Origin: Candidatus Caccalectryoclostridium excrementigallinarum
GTDB lineage: Bacteria > Bacillota > Clostridia > Christensenellales > UBA3700
NCBI GenBank assembly: GCA_018714485.1
Contig: DVNJ01000020.1
Location: forward strand, 2,668 to 66,667
Direction of reading: 5' to 3'
Length of the DNA: 64,000 nt
Shown: positions 6,811 to 16,475 of the stretch, piece after piece
How positions within the stretch are numbered: the stretch's first letter is position 1
How the letters are laid out: every line of letters begins with the position of its first letter
Translations under genes and position numbers: made by a program
The notes under the pieces: generated by a model
The model's input: only the letters and a program-made list of their open reading frames with translations
What the model was told of the DNA's origin: nothing
The model's database searches: none

Positions 6811-9477
6811 TCAGTTTTCCTCGATATAAGCCGTCTTGGGATCGACGGGATCGAGGCGGGGATTGTTGATGTTCGCCTGAGCCGCCGCAAGGCGCGCGAT
6901 CGGCACGCGGAAAGGCGAGCAGGAAACATAGGTAAGTCCGACATTATGGCAGAACTCGATGGTCGAAGGGTCGCCGCCGTGTTCGCCGCAAATGCCGAGC
7001 TTGATCTCGGGACGGGTCTCTTTTCCGCCCTCGATGGCGATCTTCATCAGCTTGCCCACGCCCACCTGGTCGAGGCGCGCGAAGGGATCGGACTCGAAGA
7101 TCTTCTTCTTGTAATAATCGCCGAGGAACTTGCCCGCGTCGTCACGGCTGAACCCGAAGGTCATCTGCGTGAGGTCGTTGGTGCCGAAGGAGAAGAATTC
7201 CGCTTCCTTGGCGATCTCGTCCGCGGTGAGCGCGGCGCGGGGGATCTCGATCATGGTGCCGATATGGTAAACTATCTTCATCTTCTGCTCTTCCATGACC
7301 TTTTCCGCCGTCTCCACGACCACGTTCTTGACATATTTAAGCTCCTTGACGTCGCCCACGAGCGGGATCATGATCTCGGGCACGACGTTGTAGCCTTCCC
7401 TGTTGACGCTGATAGCCGCTTCGATGACCGCGCGGGTCTGCATGCGCGCTATCTCGGGGAAGGTTATCGAAAGGCGGCAGCCGCGGTGACCCATCATGGG
7501 GTTCGCCTCATGCAGGGCGGTGATGGTCGCGGAAAGCTCTTCGAACGTCAGTCCCATCTCCTTGGCGAGCGCCTTGATGTCCTCTTCCTTTTGCGGCACG
7601 AACTCATGCAGCGGCGGGTCGAGGAAACGAATGGTGACGGGTCTGCCCTTCATCGCCTTGTAAAGTCCGATAAAGTCGCCTCTTTGCATGGGCAGGAGCT
7701 TTGCGAGCGCCTTTTCGCGTTCCTCGGTCGTCTTGCTTACGATCATCTCGCGCACCGCCATGATCCTGTCTTCGGCAAAGAACATATGCTCCGTGCGGCA
7801 AAGACCGATGCCCTCGGCGCCGTAGTTAAAAGCCTGCTGCGCGTCGTGCGGCGTGTCGGCGTTCGTCCTCACTTGCAGCGCGCGGTAACGGTCCGCCCAC
7901 TCCATGATGCGGGCAAAGTCGCCCGAGACCTCGGGCTCGACCGTGGGCAGCTGACCTGCGTAGATATTGCCGCTCGAACCGTCGAGGCAGATATAATCGT
8001 CCTTGGTATATTTCTTGCCGCCGATGACGACAACTTTCTTTTCTTCGTCTATTTTGAGTTCGCCGCAGCCGGCAACGCAGCATTCGCCCATGCCTCTGGC
8101 GACGACGGCGGCGTGCGAGGTCATGCCGCCGCGCGCGGTGAGCACGCCCTCGGCGGCATACATGCCCTCGATGTCCTCGGGGGAAGTTTCCAGCCTCACG
8201 AGCACGACCTTCTCGCCCGCGTTCTTACGCTCCACCGCCTCTTCCGCGGAGAAAGCTATCTTGCCGCAAGCCGCGCCGGGGGAAGCGGGAAGACCTTTCG
8301 CGATCGGCTTCGCCTCTTTGAGCGCCTTGGCGTCGAACTGCGGATGCAGGAGCGCGTCGAGCTGCTTGGGCTCTATCTTCAAAAGCGCCTCTTTCTCGCT
8401 GATCATGCCCTCGTCCACGAGGTCGCAGGCGATACGCACCGCGGCGCGCGCCGTACGCTTGCCGTTGCGCGTCTGCAACATGAACAGCCTGCCCTCTTCG
8501 ATGGTGAACTCCATGTCCTGCATGTCCTTGTTCTTCTCTTCGAGCGTCTTGGCGATGGAGACGAACTGATTGTAAACGGCGATATTGGTCTGAGCCAGAT
8601 GATCGATGGGCTGAGGGGTGCGGATACCCGCGACCACGTCTTCGCCCTGCGCGTTCATCAGATATTCGCCGTAGATATGGTTTTCGCCCGTGGCGGGGTT
8701 ACGGGTGAAGGCAACGCCCGTGCCCGAAGTCTCGCCCATATTGCCGAAGACCATGGACTGAACGTTGACCGCCGTGCCCCAGCTGCCGGGGATGTCGTTT
8801 TCTCTGCGGTAGATGATGGCGCGCTCGTTGTTCCAGCTGCGGAAGACCGCCTTGACCGCCTCGATGAGCTGCACCTTGGGATCCTGGGGGAAGTCCTCTT
8901 TCATCGCCTTCTTATAGACCGCCTTGAACTTTTTGATCAGCTCCTGCAAGTCTTCGGCGGTGAGATCGGTGTCCATCTTTACGCCCTTTGCCTCTTTGAC
9001 CTCGTCGATTATCTTCTCGAATTCCGACTTGGAAACGCCCATGACCACGTCGGAGAACATCTGAATGAATCTGCGATAGCAGTCGTAAGCGAAGCGGGGA
9101 TTGCTCGTCTTTGCCGCAAGTCCCTTGACGGAGACGTCGTTGAGACCGAGGTTGAGAATGGTGTCCATCATGCCGGGCATGGACGCTCTTGCGCCCGAAC
9201 GCACGGACACGAGGAAGGGATTCTTTTCGTCGCCGAACTTCTTGCCCACGTCTTTTTCCACGAGCGCCAAGGTGTTGAAGATCTCCTCGACTATCTCGTC
9301 ATCCAGCCTCTCGCCGTCATCGTAATAACGGGTGCAGGCTTCGGTGGTGATGGTAAAGCCGGGAGGCACGGGCATGCCCCAAGAGGTCATCTTGGCGAGG
9401 TTCGCGCCCTTGCCGCCGAACAGGTCCTTTCTGTCGCCGTCTGCTTCCTTGAACAAATAAACGTACTTTTTAGACAT
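6811..9477 (-). CDS. ppdK: Pyruvate, phosphate dikinase
   Basis: The protein has PEP-utilising enzyme architecture, the phosphohistidine motif GGMTSHAAVVARG and a C-terminal TIM-barrel motif. I trimmed the start to the ATG at 9477, which follows GGAGGA. Confidence 0.95.
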   Translation of the reverse strand: MSKKYVYLFKEADGDRKDLFGGKGANLAKMTSWGMPVPPGFTITTEACTRYYDDGERLDDEIVEEIFNTLALVEKDVGKKFGDEKNPFLVSVRSGARASMPGMMDTILNLGLNDVSVKGLAAKTSNPRFAYDCYRRFIQMFSDVVMGVSKSEFEKIIDEVKEAKGVKMDTDLTAEDLQELIKKFKAVYKKAMKEDFPQDPKVQLIEAVKAVFRSWNNERAIIYRRENDIPGSWGTAVNVQSMVFGNMGETSGTGVAFTRNPATGENHIYGEYLMNAQGEDVVAGIRTPQPIDHLAQTNIAVYNQFVSIAKTLEEKNKDMQDMEFTIEEGRLFMLQTRNGKRTARAAVRIACDLVDEGMISEKEALLKIEPKQLDALLHPQFDAKALKEAKPIAKGLPASPGAACGKIAFSAEEAVERKNAGEKVVLVRLETSPEDIEGMYAAEGVLTARGGMTSHAAVVARGMGECCVAGCGELKIDEEKKVVVIGGKKYTKDDYICLDGSSGNIYAGQLPTVEPEVSGDFARIMEWADRYRALQVRTNADTPHDAQQAFNYGAEGIGLCRTEHMFFAEDRIMAVREMIVSKTTEEREKALAKLLPMQRGDFIGLYKAMKGRPVTIRFLDPPLHEFVPQKEEDIKALAKEMGLTFEELSATITALHEANPMMGHRGCRLSITFPEIARMQTRAVIEAAISVNREGYNVVPEIMIPLVGDVKELKYVKNVVVETAEKVMEEQKMKIVYHIGTMIEIPRAALTADEIAKEAEFFSFGTNDLTQMTFGFSRDDAGKFLGDYYKKKIFESDPFARLDQVGVGKLMKIAIEGGKETRPEIKLGICGEHGGDPSTIEFCHNVGLTYVSCSPFRVPIARLAAAQANINNPRLDPVDPKTAYIEEN

Positions 9478-9516
9478 AATTCCTCCACAGGATAAAAGGA
9501 TTTTTTTGATAAGTCC

Positions 9517-9545
9517 ATTATATAGTAAAATGCGCGTAAAAGCAA
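9517..9545 (-). promoter_or_regulatory. Putative ppdK promoter
   Basis: On the minus strand, TTGCTT is followed by a 17-nt spacer and TATAAT. Confidence 0.45.
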
Positions 9546-9596
9546 GGGAATTTTGCAAAATTTAAGCATTTGAGCGGCAAAAAGGCTTTTTCGGCG

Positions 9597-10145
9597 TCAA
9601 GCCTCACTTATTTTCAAAAATCCTTTCAGCGCCTGCAAAATTATATCCGTCTTTTTATAAAGAAAATTGCCTAAATCGCGCAGCTTTCCCTTCGGGCGGG
9701 CATAGCCCACGGCGGCGAGAGCGGCGAGCAAAAACCGTTCGAGGACCTCCTCTTCGGGCGAGGAAGAATAGGCAAGGTCGCGCAGGCAGGCGAGCGCGGC
9801 GGAAAAGAGCGCGTGGTTATATTCCCCCTCCGGCTGCGTCTTTTCGCAAAATTCCAAGACGGTGCAGGCGGCGTAATATTTGAGCGGATCGGCGCAGAGC
9901 GCGAAAAAATTGTCGTAGACGTCGCAGGCGGTGACGGTCGCCTTATCCCCGCCTACGGCGAGCTGATAGCGCGCGAAAGTGAGCAAAGAGGCGGCATAGC
10001 GCAGCTTTCCCTTCGCTCCGCGCGCGCCGCGCACCTTTGCGCTCACCTTTCCCCTGCCCGCGGCGTAAAGAGTGATAATGCTGTCGCTCTCGCCGTAGCC
10101 TACGCTCTTGATACACAACGCGTCCAAACCGATAAGTTCTTTCAT
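9597..10145 (-). CDS. recO: DNA repair protein RecO (short form)
   Basis: The N-terminal OB-fold-like sequence and the conserved era-yqzL-recO context support the call. The protein is only 182 aa and has no C-terminal Cys motif. Confidence 0.7.
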   Translation of the reverse strand: MKELIGLDALCIKSVGYGESDSIITLYAAGRGKVSAKVRGARGAKGKLRYAASLLTFARYQLAVGGDKATVTACDVYDNFFALCADPLKYYAACTVLEFCEKTQPEGEYNHALFSAALACLRDLAYSSSPEEEVLERFLLAALAAVGYARPKGKLRDLGNFLYKKTDIILQALKGFLKISEA

Positions 10146-10243
10146 CGCCTCTTTTTCAAAGCCGCCTTATAAAGCAGATAATATTTGATCTCGCCCGTCG
10201 CGGCGAACAGCCGCCAGAGCGTTTGCAGACTTTTTTCTTTCAT
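10142..10243 (-). CDS. yqzL: YqzL-family small protein
   Basis: This 33-aa ORF is not in the supplied track. It reads MKEKSLQTLWRLFAATGEIKYYLLYKAALKKRR and has a GGAGGCGG RBS. Its stop overlaps the recO ATG, and it lies between era and recO as in Bacillus. Confidence 0.7.
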   Translation of the reverse strand: MKEKSLQTLWRLFAATGEIKYYLLYKAALKKRR

Positions 10244-10306
10244 ATCCGCCTCCTTCGGCGCCGCGGCGCCCGAGGCGAGTATGTGCATAACAAAAGTTTT
10301 TTTGCG

Positions 10307-11209
10307 CTATTTGCGTCTGTCGTCGTAGCCCAAGCGGCGCATGACGGAGGCATCGTCCCGCCAATCGGGCTTGACCCTCACCCAAAGGGTGAGAAAGACC
10401 TTTCCGCCCGTGAGCTTTTCCAGCTCGAAACGCGCGCTCGAACCTATCTTTTTGAGCATGGCGCCGCCCTTGCCTATCACCATGGGCTTATGCGCCTTTT
10501 TCTCGCAGACGATGTCCGCGTCTATCTGCGTCACGCCCTTTTCGTCCGCGGAAAACTTGTTGATGTTCACGCCTATGCCGTAAGGCAGTTCGTCGGAAAG
10601 CTCGAAAAGCGCCTTTTCGCGTATTATCTCCGCCGCCATGAAGCGCATCGTCCTGTCCGTATAGACGTCCTCGTCGAAATAAGGCTGACCTTCGGGCAAA
10701 AATCTCACGATCTCGCTTTTGAGCGCGTCCAAGCCCTTGCCCGTGCGGGCGCAGACGGGCACGACGGCGTCTATGCCCTCGAGCGACTTATATCTCTCTA
10801 TGCGCCGCGGCACGGCGTCCTCGCCGCCGAGGTCGCTCTTGCTCACCGCTAAGATGAACGGTATGCCGAGCGCGGCATATGCCCTTATCCTCTCGTCGTC
10901 GTGGCTGTCCGGTTCGCGGTCGCAGGCGAGCAGATAGAGGACGACGTCCGCGCCCTCGCAGGCGCTCTCCGCCTCGCGCATCATATACTGCGAGAGCTTG
11001 TTCTCCGCCCTGTGCAGCCCGGGAGTGTCGATAAAGACCGCCTGAAAGCGTTCCCCCTTCTCCTCTCCGTTCAAAATGCCCGTTATCTTGTCGCGCGTCG
11101 TCTGCGGCTTGCGGGAGACGATCGAGACCTTTTCCCCCACGAGCGCGTTGACGAGCGTGCTCTTGCCCGCGTTGGCTTTTCCCGTCACGGCGATAAATCC
11201 GCTCTTCAT
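10307..11209 (-). CDS. era: GTPase Era
   Basis: The protein has the P-loop GKANAGKST, a DTPG motif and a C-terminal KH domain. Confidence 0.95.
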   Translation of the reverse strand: MKSGFIAVTGKANAGKSTLVNALVGEKVSIVSRKPQTTRDKITGILNGEEKGERFQAVFIDTPGLHRAENKLSQYMMREAESACEGADVVLYLLACDREPDSHDDERIRAYAALGIPFILAVSKSDLGGEDAVPRRIERYKSLEGIDAVVPVCARTGKGLDALKSEIVRFLPEGQPYFDEDVYTDRTMRFMAAEIIREKALFELSDELPYGIGVNINKFSADEKGVTQIDADIVCEKKAHKPMVIGKGGAMLKKIGSSARFELEKLTGGKVFLTLWVRVKPDWRDDASVMRRLGYDDRRK

Positions 11210-11967
11210 GCTTTCAGACCCACCCTTGCAAGAACTTTTTCTTCGACGATACGCATCTGGCGATATTTTTCGTCCGTGTCGTGATCGAATCCCAAAAGGT
11301 GCAAAACTCCGTGCACGAAGAGGTATCCCATCTCCCTCTCCACCGAATGCCCGAACTCGCGCGCCTGCGCCTCGCAGACGGGGCGGCAGATGATTATCTC
11401 GCCCAGCTGAAAAAGCCCGGAGAAGTCGTCGCGGAGAAATCCCTCCGTGCCCTCGCGCAATTTGAGCGGCGAGGCAAAGTCGGCGGCGGGATAACTGAGC
11501 ACGTCGGTGATCTTGTCTATGCCGCGCGTGGAGGCGTTATATTCCTTGATGGTGTCCAGGTCCACGAGCGCCACGTCTATGCGGTATTCGTCCTTTTGAT
11601 CGAGCTGCCTGAGCGTCTCTTTGAGCAGGGCGTCGAAAAAGTCGGAGGGCATGTTATGCACGGTGATCTCGCAGGTGACGTAAACGCGCTTGTCCTTGTA
11701 AGGGTCTTTTTTCTCGACGAATCTGACCTCTTTTTGGGGCGGTCTCACGCGCTGCTTATTGAGGAAAAAATCTTGAAGCTGCTTTTCGAATTCCGCCTCG
11801 CTCAAAATAAGCGACCTTGCCGTTTTCCCCTTTTTCTCCCCCTCGGGGGCATTTTGCGGCTTTTTCTCGGCGTCTTTTTGCGGCTTTTGCTCCTTGTTCT
11901 CGGACGCGCGCCCTTCGCGTATCTTCCTCAAAGCCTCGTCCACCGCCTTTCTCGCGATCTCGTCCAT
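11206..11967 (-). CDS. ybeY: rRNA maturation endoribonuclease YbeY with a ~100-aa Lys/Glu-rich N-terminal extension
   Basis: The zinc motif HGVLHLLGFDH is present. The ATG at 11967 overlaps the stop of the upstream gene. Confidence 0.85.
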   Translation of the reverse strand: MDEIARKAVDEALRKIREGRASENKEQKPQKDAEKKPQNAPEGEKKGKTARSLILSEAEFEKQLQDFFLNKQRVRPPQKEVRFVEKKDPYKDKRVYVTCEITVHNMPSDFFDALLKETLRQLDQKDEYRIDVALVDLDTIKEYNASTRGIDKITDVLSYPAADFASPLKLREGTEGFLRDDFSGLFQLGEIIICRPVCEAQAREFGHSVEREMGYLFVHGVLHLLGFDHDTDEKYRQMRIVEEKVLARVGLKA

Positions 11968-13412
11968 TATCTCTCCTCCTTCGCCTTGGCGTAATCTATG
12001 CGCTTATGCAGCATTCCGGGAATGACCTTCACAATGGTCTCCCCTATCTTGTGCAACTCTTCCATGGTGATGTCCGTGTCGTCGAACTGACCGTCGGCGA
12101 GCTTGTCCTTTATCACCTTGTCCACCGTCTTTTCCAAAGCCTGAACGCTCTCGGGCTGGACCGCCCTGGTCATGGACTCGCAGATGTCGCAGATCATGAT
12201 GATCGCGGAATACTTGGTCGTGGGCGTGGGACAGTCGTAACGGAAGTCCTCGATGTTCACGTCGCCGCCCAAGCCCTTTGCCTTGGTATAGAAAAACATG
12301 ATGGGCGAATCGCCGTGATGCTCGAGCGCCGCCTTGCAGATCTCGTCGGGGAACCTCATCTTGCGCAGCTGTTCGTAGCCGTCGCGGGTATGGCGGCGTA
12401 TCTTGGCGACGCTCACTTCGGGAATGAGGTCGTCATGCGGATTATATCCCGTCTGGTTCTCGCTGAAATAAAGGGGGTCGTTCATCTTCCCCATGTCGTG
12501 GTAATAAGCGCACGCCCTCGCCATATAGGGGTCGATACCGATGGCGATGGCGCAGTTCTCGGCGAGATTGGCGACGTTGAGCGCGTGGTTGAAGGTGCCG
12601 GGCGCCTCTTCGCTCATCTTGCGCAAAACGGGCTGATCCAAGCCGCAGATCTCGGCGAGCTTGAAATCCGTCCAAATGCGCGAGAAATATTCAAAGACGG
12701 GCAATATCGCCGTAAAGGCGCAGACGGCGACCACGTTCCCCATCACGCCGAGGGCGTAACCGCCGAAAAAGTTGCGCAGCGTCCAACCGTCGAGCAGGGA
12801 CATGACCGCGCCCACGAGCGCCGTACCGAGCGAAACGGCGATCGCGCCCCAGGTGAGCGCAAAGCGGTTATAGCGCCTGTTGATGACAAAGAGCATGAAA
12901 AACGCCGTGACGAAATCCGCGACCGCGGACATGGCGAAGCTCACGCCGAACTCCCCGGGCAGATAAAAATATACGGGCGGGGCGATACAGATGGCGGAGG
13001 CGACGGCGGACAAAAGTCCCGAATAAAGTCCGCAGCGGGGCGAGACGAGCACGCCGATGAGCAGGACGGTGAAGGCGATGGGCGTCGCGTAAGGGCTTAC
13101 CCACGCCGCCATGGCGCAGTTTATCCAAACGGTCATGGCGATCACGGGGAAAGTTATCAGCTCCGCCTTTTCCACCGTGCAGTTATAAGTGAACTTTTTT
13201 TCCGAAAACAGATAGATCATGAGCGTGACAAAGAGCGCATACATGACCAAAAAGGCGGGAACAAAGGCGTAATAGATGTTGCGAACGGCAAAGATGTTTA
13301 TCCTTCCGAGCATCAGACAGTACGCGAAATATACCGCCGCGAACGCCGACGGCAGCAACGCCGCCGCCGAGATCAGCTGTTTTTTCAGCACGAGTTTCTT
13401 TTCGAGATCCAT
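11967..13412 (-). CDS. pgpH: 7TM-HD membrane phosphohydrolase (PgpH/YqfF-like)
   Basis: A multi-TM N-terminal region is followed by an HD domain (YHDMGK ... HHGD). Confidence 0.85.
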   Translation of the reverse strand: MDLEKKLVLKKQLISAAALLPSAFAAVYFAYCLMLGRINIFAVRNIYYAFVPAFLVMYALFVTLMIYLFSEKKFTYNCTVEKAELITFPVIAMTVWINCAMAAWVSPYATPIAFTVLLIGVLVSPRCGLYSGLLSAVASAICIAPPVYFYLPGEFGVSFAMSAVADFVTAFFMLFVINRRYNRFALTWGAIAVSLGTALVGAVMSLLDGWTLRNFFGGYALGVMGNVVAVCAFTAILPVFEYFSRIWTDFKLAEICGLDQPVLRKMSEEAPGTFNHALNVANLAENCAIAIGIDPYMARACAYYHDMGKMNDPLYFSENQTGYNPHDDLIPEVSVAKIRRHTRDGYEQLRKMRFPDEICKAALEHHGDSPIMFFYTKAKGLGGDVNIEDFRYDCPTPTTKYSAIIMICDICESMTRAVQPESVQALEKTVDKVIKDKLADGQFDDTDITMEELHKIGETIVKVIPGMLHKRIDYAKAKEER

Positions 13413-13457
13413 ATATTCTCCTTGGTTTGAAAGCGGGGACGCCCCCGCGCGGCAAGG

Positions 13458-14582
13458 TCAGCCGCCCTCGGCGATCTCCCTCACCACTTCATAGTATATA
13501 TCCAAAGCATAGCAGTTGTCCAGCTTTTTTATGTTATTATAAGAATCGAGCACCCGCGCACCCGCGATGAGCGGCGCGAATTCCGCTCTCATCTGCGCCG
13601 CGCAGGCGTCCAAGTCGCCTTCGGTAAGCGCACATACCTCGTATTTTATCTCTTCATAGGTGATGCGCGTGAGCGAAAACGCGGGAAGAGCGCAAAAAAG
13701 TTCCTCTTCTTCCCGCCTGACAAAATTTTCAAAAGGACTTCCCTTATCCTTCCCCCAAACAACGCCGCACAAATCCAAGAGCGTGAAGGTAACGCTCCTG
13801 CCCGTGGGCACCGCCGTGACCCGAGACTCGGGCAGCAGCCGCCTGCCGCCGACATACACGCGCGCCGTCACCGTCCCCGCCGCGGGGCAGCTCTCGAAGA
13901 TCTCTTCCCCCTTATCATTCGTGCCCACGACTCTCTTGCCCGCGATGAGCAGATCGCCCTTTTTCACCGCGTCCCCCTCCCTCACGCAAGCCGTCCCCGA
14001 GAGCACGGTGAGCTTTTCGACTATCCCGTCCTCGGCGGCATAGATGTTTTCGTAGCTTTGTTGGGGCGCGGGCGCCTCGTTCTGCATGACCAGCTCCGCC
14101 CTCACGGCAGAGCCCCTGATCTTCAGGGAAACAAAGGCGAGCGAGGGCATGTTTTCATAGAGCGCGCTCCTTACTCCGTTTAAGTCGACTTTCGACTTCA
14201 AGCTCCCCGTCGGCGCGTATTCGCGCAAAATTTGCATTGCTAAGGCGCGTTCCGACTCATCTCCGCCGCTCACGCGGGTGAAAAAGACAAAGCGCGAGCA
14301 GACAAGGCAAGCGGCGATAAAGAGCGCGCATGCGACGAGCGTCCCCGCGTTTTTGAAAAGGGCGGCTTTGAGCCGCGCCCTGCCCCCGAGAGCGAGCACT
14401 ACGCAGTCTATCCCCCTTTCTTTGAGCGCTTTGAGCGCCCTGTCCGCGCTGCCTGCGGGGACGCGGAAGAGAAACTCTCCGCCCCGCCTTCTCCCGCCCG
14501 AAAAGGGTATGCGCGCGCTGCGCAGGGCGTTGACCGCCGCCGCCGTTTTCGCCGCCTTGCAGGATAAGAGCGCGCGCGTCAT
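13458..14582 (-). CDS. yqfD: Sporulation protein YqfD
   Basis: I trimmed the start to the ATG at 14582 (MTRALLSCK...), which overlaps the yqfC stop (ATGA). A single TM and a C-terminal YqfD-like domain are present. The upstream part of the track ORF is Arg-rich junk. Confidence 0.8.
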   Translation of the reverse strand: MTRALLSCKAAKTAAAVNALRSARIPFSGGRRRGGEFLFRVPAGSADRALKALKERGIDCVVLALGGRARLKAALFKNAGTLVACALFIAACLVCSRFVFFTRVSGGDESERALAMQILREYAPTGSLKSKVDLNGVRSALYENMPSLAFVSLKIRGSAVRAELVMQNEAPAPQQSYENIYAAEDGIVEKLTVLSGTACVREGDAVKKGDLLIAGKRVVGTNDKGEEIFESCPAAGTVTARVYVGGRRLLPESRVTAVPTGRSVTFTLLDLCGVVWGKDKGSPFENFVRREEEELFCALPAFSLTRITYEEIKYEVCALTEGDLDACAAQMRAEFAPLIAGARVLDSYNNIKKLDNCYALDIYYEVVREIAEGG

Positions 14583-14830
14583 TCCCACCTCACGCAGCTT
14601 ACCTTTCCGCGCAAAATTATCTCTTCTTCGCAAGAATCCCCCACCGTGAGCGCGCTGCCCTCGATGACGACCATGCCGCCGCGCGTGCGCAGCTTGACGC
14701 ACACGGGGGAATAATAATAAAGCCCGCGGCAGCCCTCCGCGACAGCGCCCGCCTCGGGATAGACGCAGACGCGGCAAGCCGCGCCGCCACTCATGCCGAG
14801 CTTTTGCATCGTCTCGTCCAAAAAAGCCAT
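14579..14830 (-). CDS. yqfC: Sporulation protein YqfC
   Basis: The C-terminal pattern VVIEGSALTVGDSCEEEIILRGKVSCVRWE is typical of YqfC. The start is uncertain: ATG at 14830 or an alternative start at 14866. Confidence 0.7.
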   Translation of the reverse strand: MAFLDETMQKLGMSGGAACRVCVYPEAGAVAEGCRGLYYYSPVCVKLRTRGGMVVIEGSALTVGDSCEEEIILRGKVSCVRWE

Positions 14831-14914
14831 GATAAAAACTATGCCGCGCCCGCAAAAAATATGCAAGACAAAGGCGCCCCTCTCGGAGCGCCGTCTACTT
14901 TCGAATAGTGCCGG

Positions 14915-16432
14915 TTACTCTTCTCCCGCCCCGCCGAAGGCGTCCGCGGGCAGATCGTTTTCGGGCGGCGCGTCCTCGTCGCCGTAACTCATTTCGTCAA
15001 AGCCCGTTTCCTCCGAGCGCGGCGCCGGCTTGGGCACGGCGGCGAAGGACGAGCCTGCGTTCTTGGCAGGCTTGAATTTCATCTTGTCGCCGTCGAAGAT
15101 GAAGTGCAGCGTGCCCGTGGGACCGTTACGATGCTTGGCGACGATGAGCTGAACGTTCTTGACCACGGCGTCCGTGTTATCGCGCGGGCGGTGAATGAAC
15201 ATGACCACGTCCGCGTCCTGCTCGATCGCGCCCGACTCGCGCAGATCGGAGAGCTTAGGTTCGACGATGACTCCGCCGTCCTTGTTCTCCTGCTCGCGCT
15301 TTTCCACGTCACGCGACATCTGCGAGAGCAAAATGACGGGAACTTCGAGCTCTTTGGCGATTATCTTCATGCCGCGCGAAATGTCCGCAACTTCCTGCTG
15401 ACGGGAAGAATTGCGCTTTTTGTCCTTGACGGTCATCAGCTGCAAATAGTCGATCACCACGAGATCCAGCCTGCCCTTGCTCTTTTTGAGCGAGCGGCAC
15501 TTATGCAGCACGTCCTCGTGCGAGAGGTTGACCGTGTCGTCTATGTAAAGTCCCGTGGGCGTGAGCTTAGAGGAAACTCCCCAGATCTTGTCCCAATCTT
15601 CCGGTTTTTCGTAGCCTTTGACGAGAGTCTGCATGCCTATCTCGCTCATATTGACCAAGATGCGCTGGGCAAGCTCGCTCGCCGACATTTCCAAGTTGAA
15701 GGCGGCGATGACGCTCGAAGGGTCCCTCTGGACGATGTTGGCGATGACGTTGAGCGCGAACGCCGTCTTTCCCAGACCCGGGCGGGCGGCGACGATGATT
15801 ATCTGACCGGGCAAAAAGCCGTTGAGCAGCGTGTCCAGATCGTCGAATCCCGTTTTGAGACCGCCGCTCTCCGCCTCTTTCCGGAAGATGGAATTGAGGC
15901 GGCGAATGACCTGCGCCATGGGAACGCTGACATGTCTCAGCTCCCCCTCCGCGCTCGCGGCGTTCAGGTCGAAAAACTGCGCTTCGGCAAAGGCGCGCAC
16001 GCTGTCCACGTTGTCGTCGCCGTAAGCGCGCTCGATAATCTCGTTGCAGCGGCGGATGATGGTGCGCAGCATGCCGTCGCGTTTGAGCAGGGAGAGATAA
16101 TAGTCCGCGTTCGCCGTGGAAGGCACGCTGTTGACCAGCGTTTCGAGCGCTCCCGCGCCGCCCACCGCGTCCAGCTCGCCCTTGCGGTTGAGCCTGCTCA
16201 TCACGCCGATGACGTCCACCGACTTCCCCTCGCCCACTTCGCGCGAAAGTTCGGCGATGGCGGCGAAGATCTTCCTGTGCGCCACGGCATAAAAATCGTC
16301 TTCGTTTATCTTGGGCAGAAAATCCGTGCAGACATCATTGTCGAGCAGCATGCAGGCGAGGACCGCCTGTTCCGCCTCGTAACTGTTGGGCATGACCCTC
16401 AAATTCAATTTTCCCTCGTCACTCTTGGGCAT
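14915..16432 (-). CDS. dnaB: Replicative DNA helicase (DnaB/DnaC type) with an acidic C-terminal extension
   Basis: The N-terminal domain reads SYEAEQAVLACML. Walker A (ARPGLGKT) and a RecA-like fold are present. Confidence 0.95.
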   Translation of the reverse strand: MPKSDEGKLNLRVMPNSYEAEQAVLACMLLDNDVCTDFLPKINEDDFYAVAHRKIFAAIAELSREVGEGKSVDVIGVMSRLNRKGELDAVGGAGALETLVNSVPSTANADYYLSLLKRDGMLRTIIRRCNEIIERAYGDDNVDSVRAFAEAQFFDLNAASAEGELRHVSVPMAQVIRRLNSIFRKEAESGGLKTGFDDLDTLLNGFLPGQIIIVAARPGLGKTAFALNVIANIVQRDPSSVIAAFNLEMSASELAQRILVNMSEIGMQTLVKGYEKPEDWDKIWGVSSKLTPTGLYIDDTVNLSHEDVLHKCRSLKKSKGRLDLVVIDYLQLMTVKDKKRNSSRQQEVADISRGMKIIAKELEVPVILLSQMSRDVEKREQENKDGGVIVEPKLSDLRESGAIEQDADVVMFIHRPRDNTDAVVKNVQLIVAKHRNGPTGTLHFIFDGDKMKFKPAKNAGSSFAAVPKPAPRSEETGFDEMSYGDEDAPPENDLPADAFGGAGEE

Positions 16433-16475
16433 AAAACTCCTCCGCCTTTTATCTTAGCGCAAAAAGCGCGCGCCG

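Noticed and set aside
6670-9495. Very long antisense ORFs opposite conserved genes. Examples are 6670-9495, 2987-4627, 36625-37893, 50265-52835, 58838-60562, 42957-44573 and 46530-47771.
   Set aside because: Their products are Arg/His/Ala/Gly/Leu-rich with no recognisable motifs. Each mirrors a well-supported gene on the other strand. This is the expected artefact of high GC content.
14583-14855. N-terminal extensions of track ORFs: yqfD 13458-14855, DUF5685 54534-55634, trpS 55424-56782, ppdK to 9558, and the lipoprotein to 20739.
   Set aside because: The extensions are Arg-rich and overlap the upstream gene or repeat DNA. Internal ATGs with an RBS or ATGA coupling give proteins that start with canonical N-termini.
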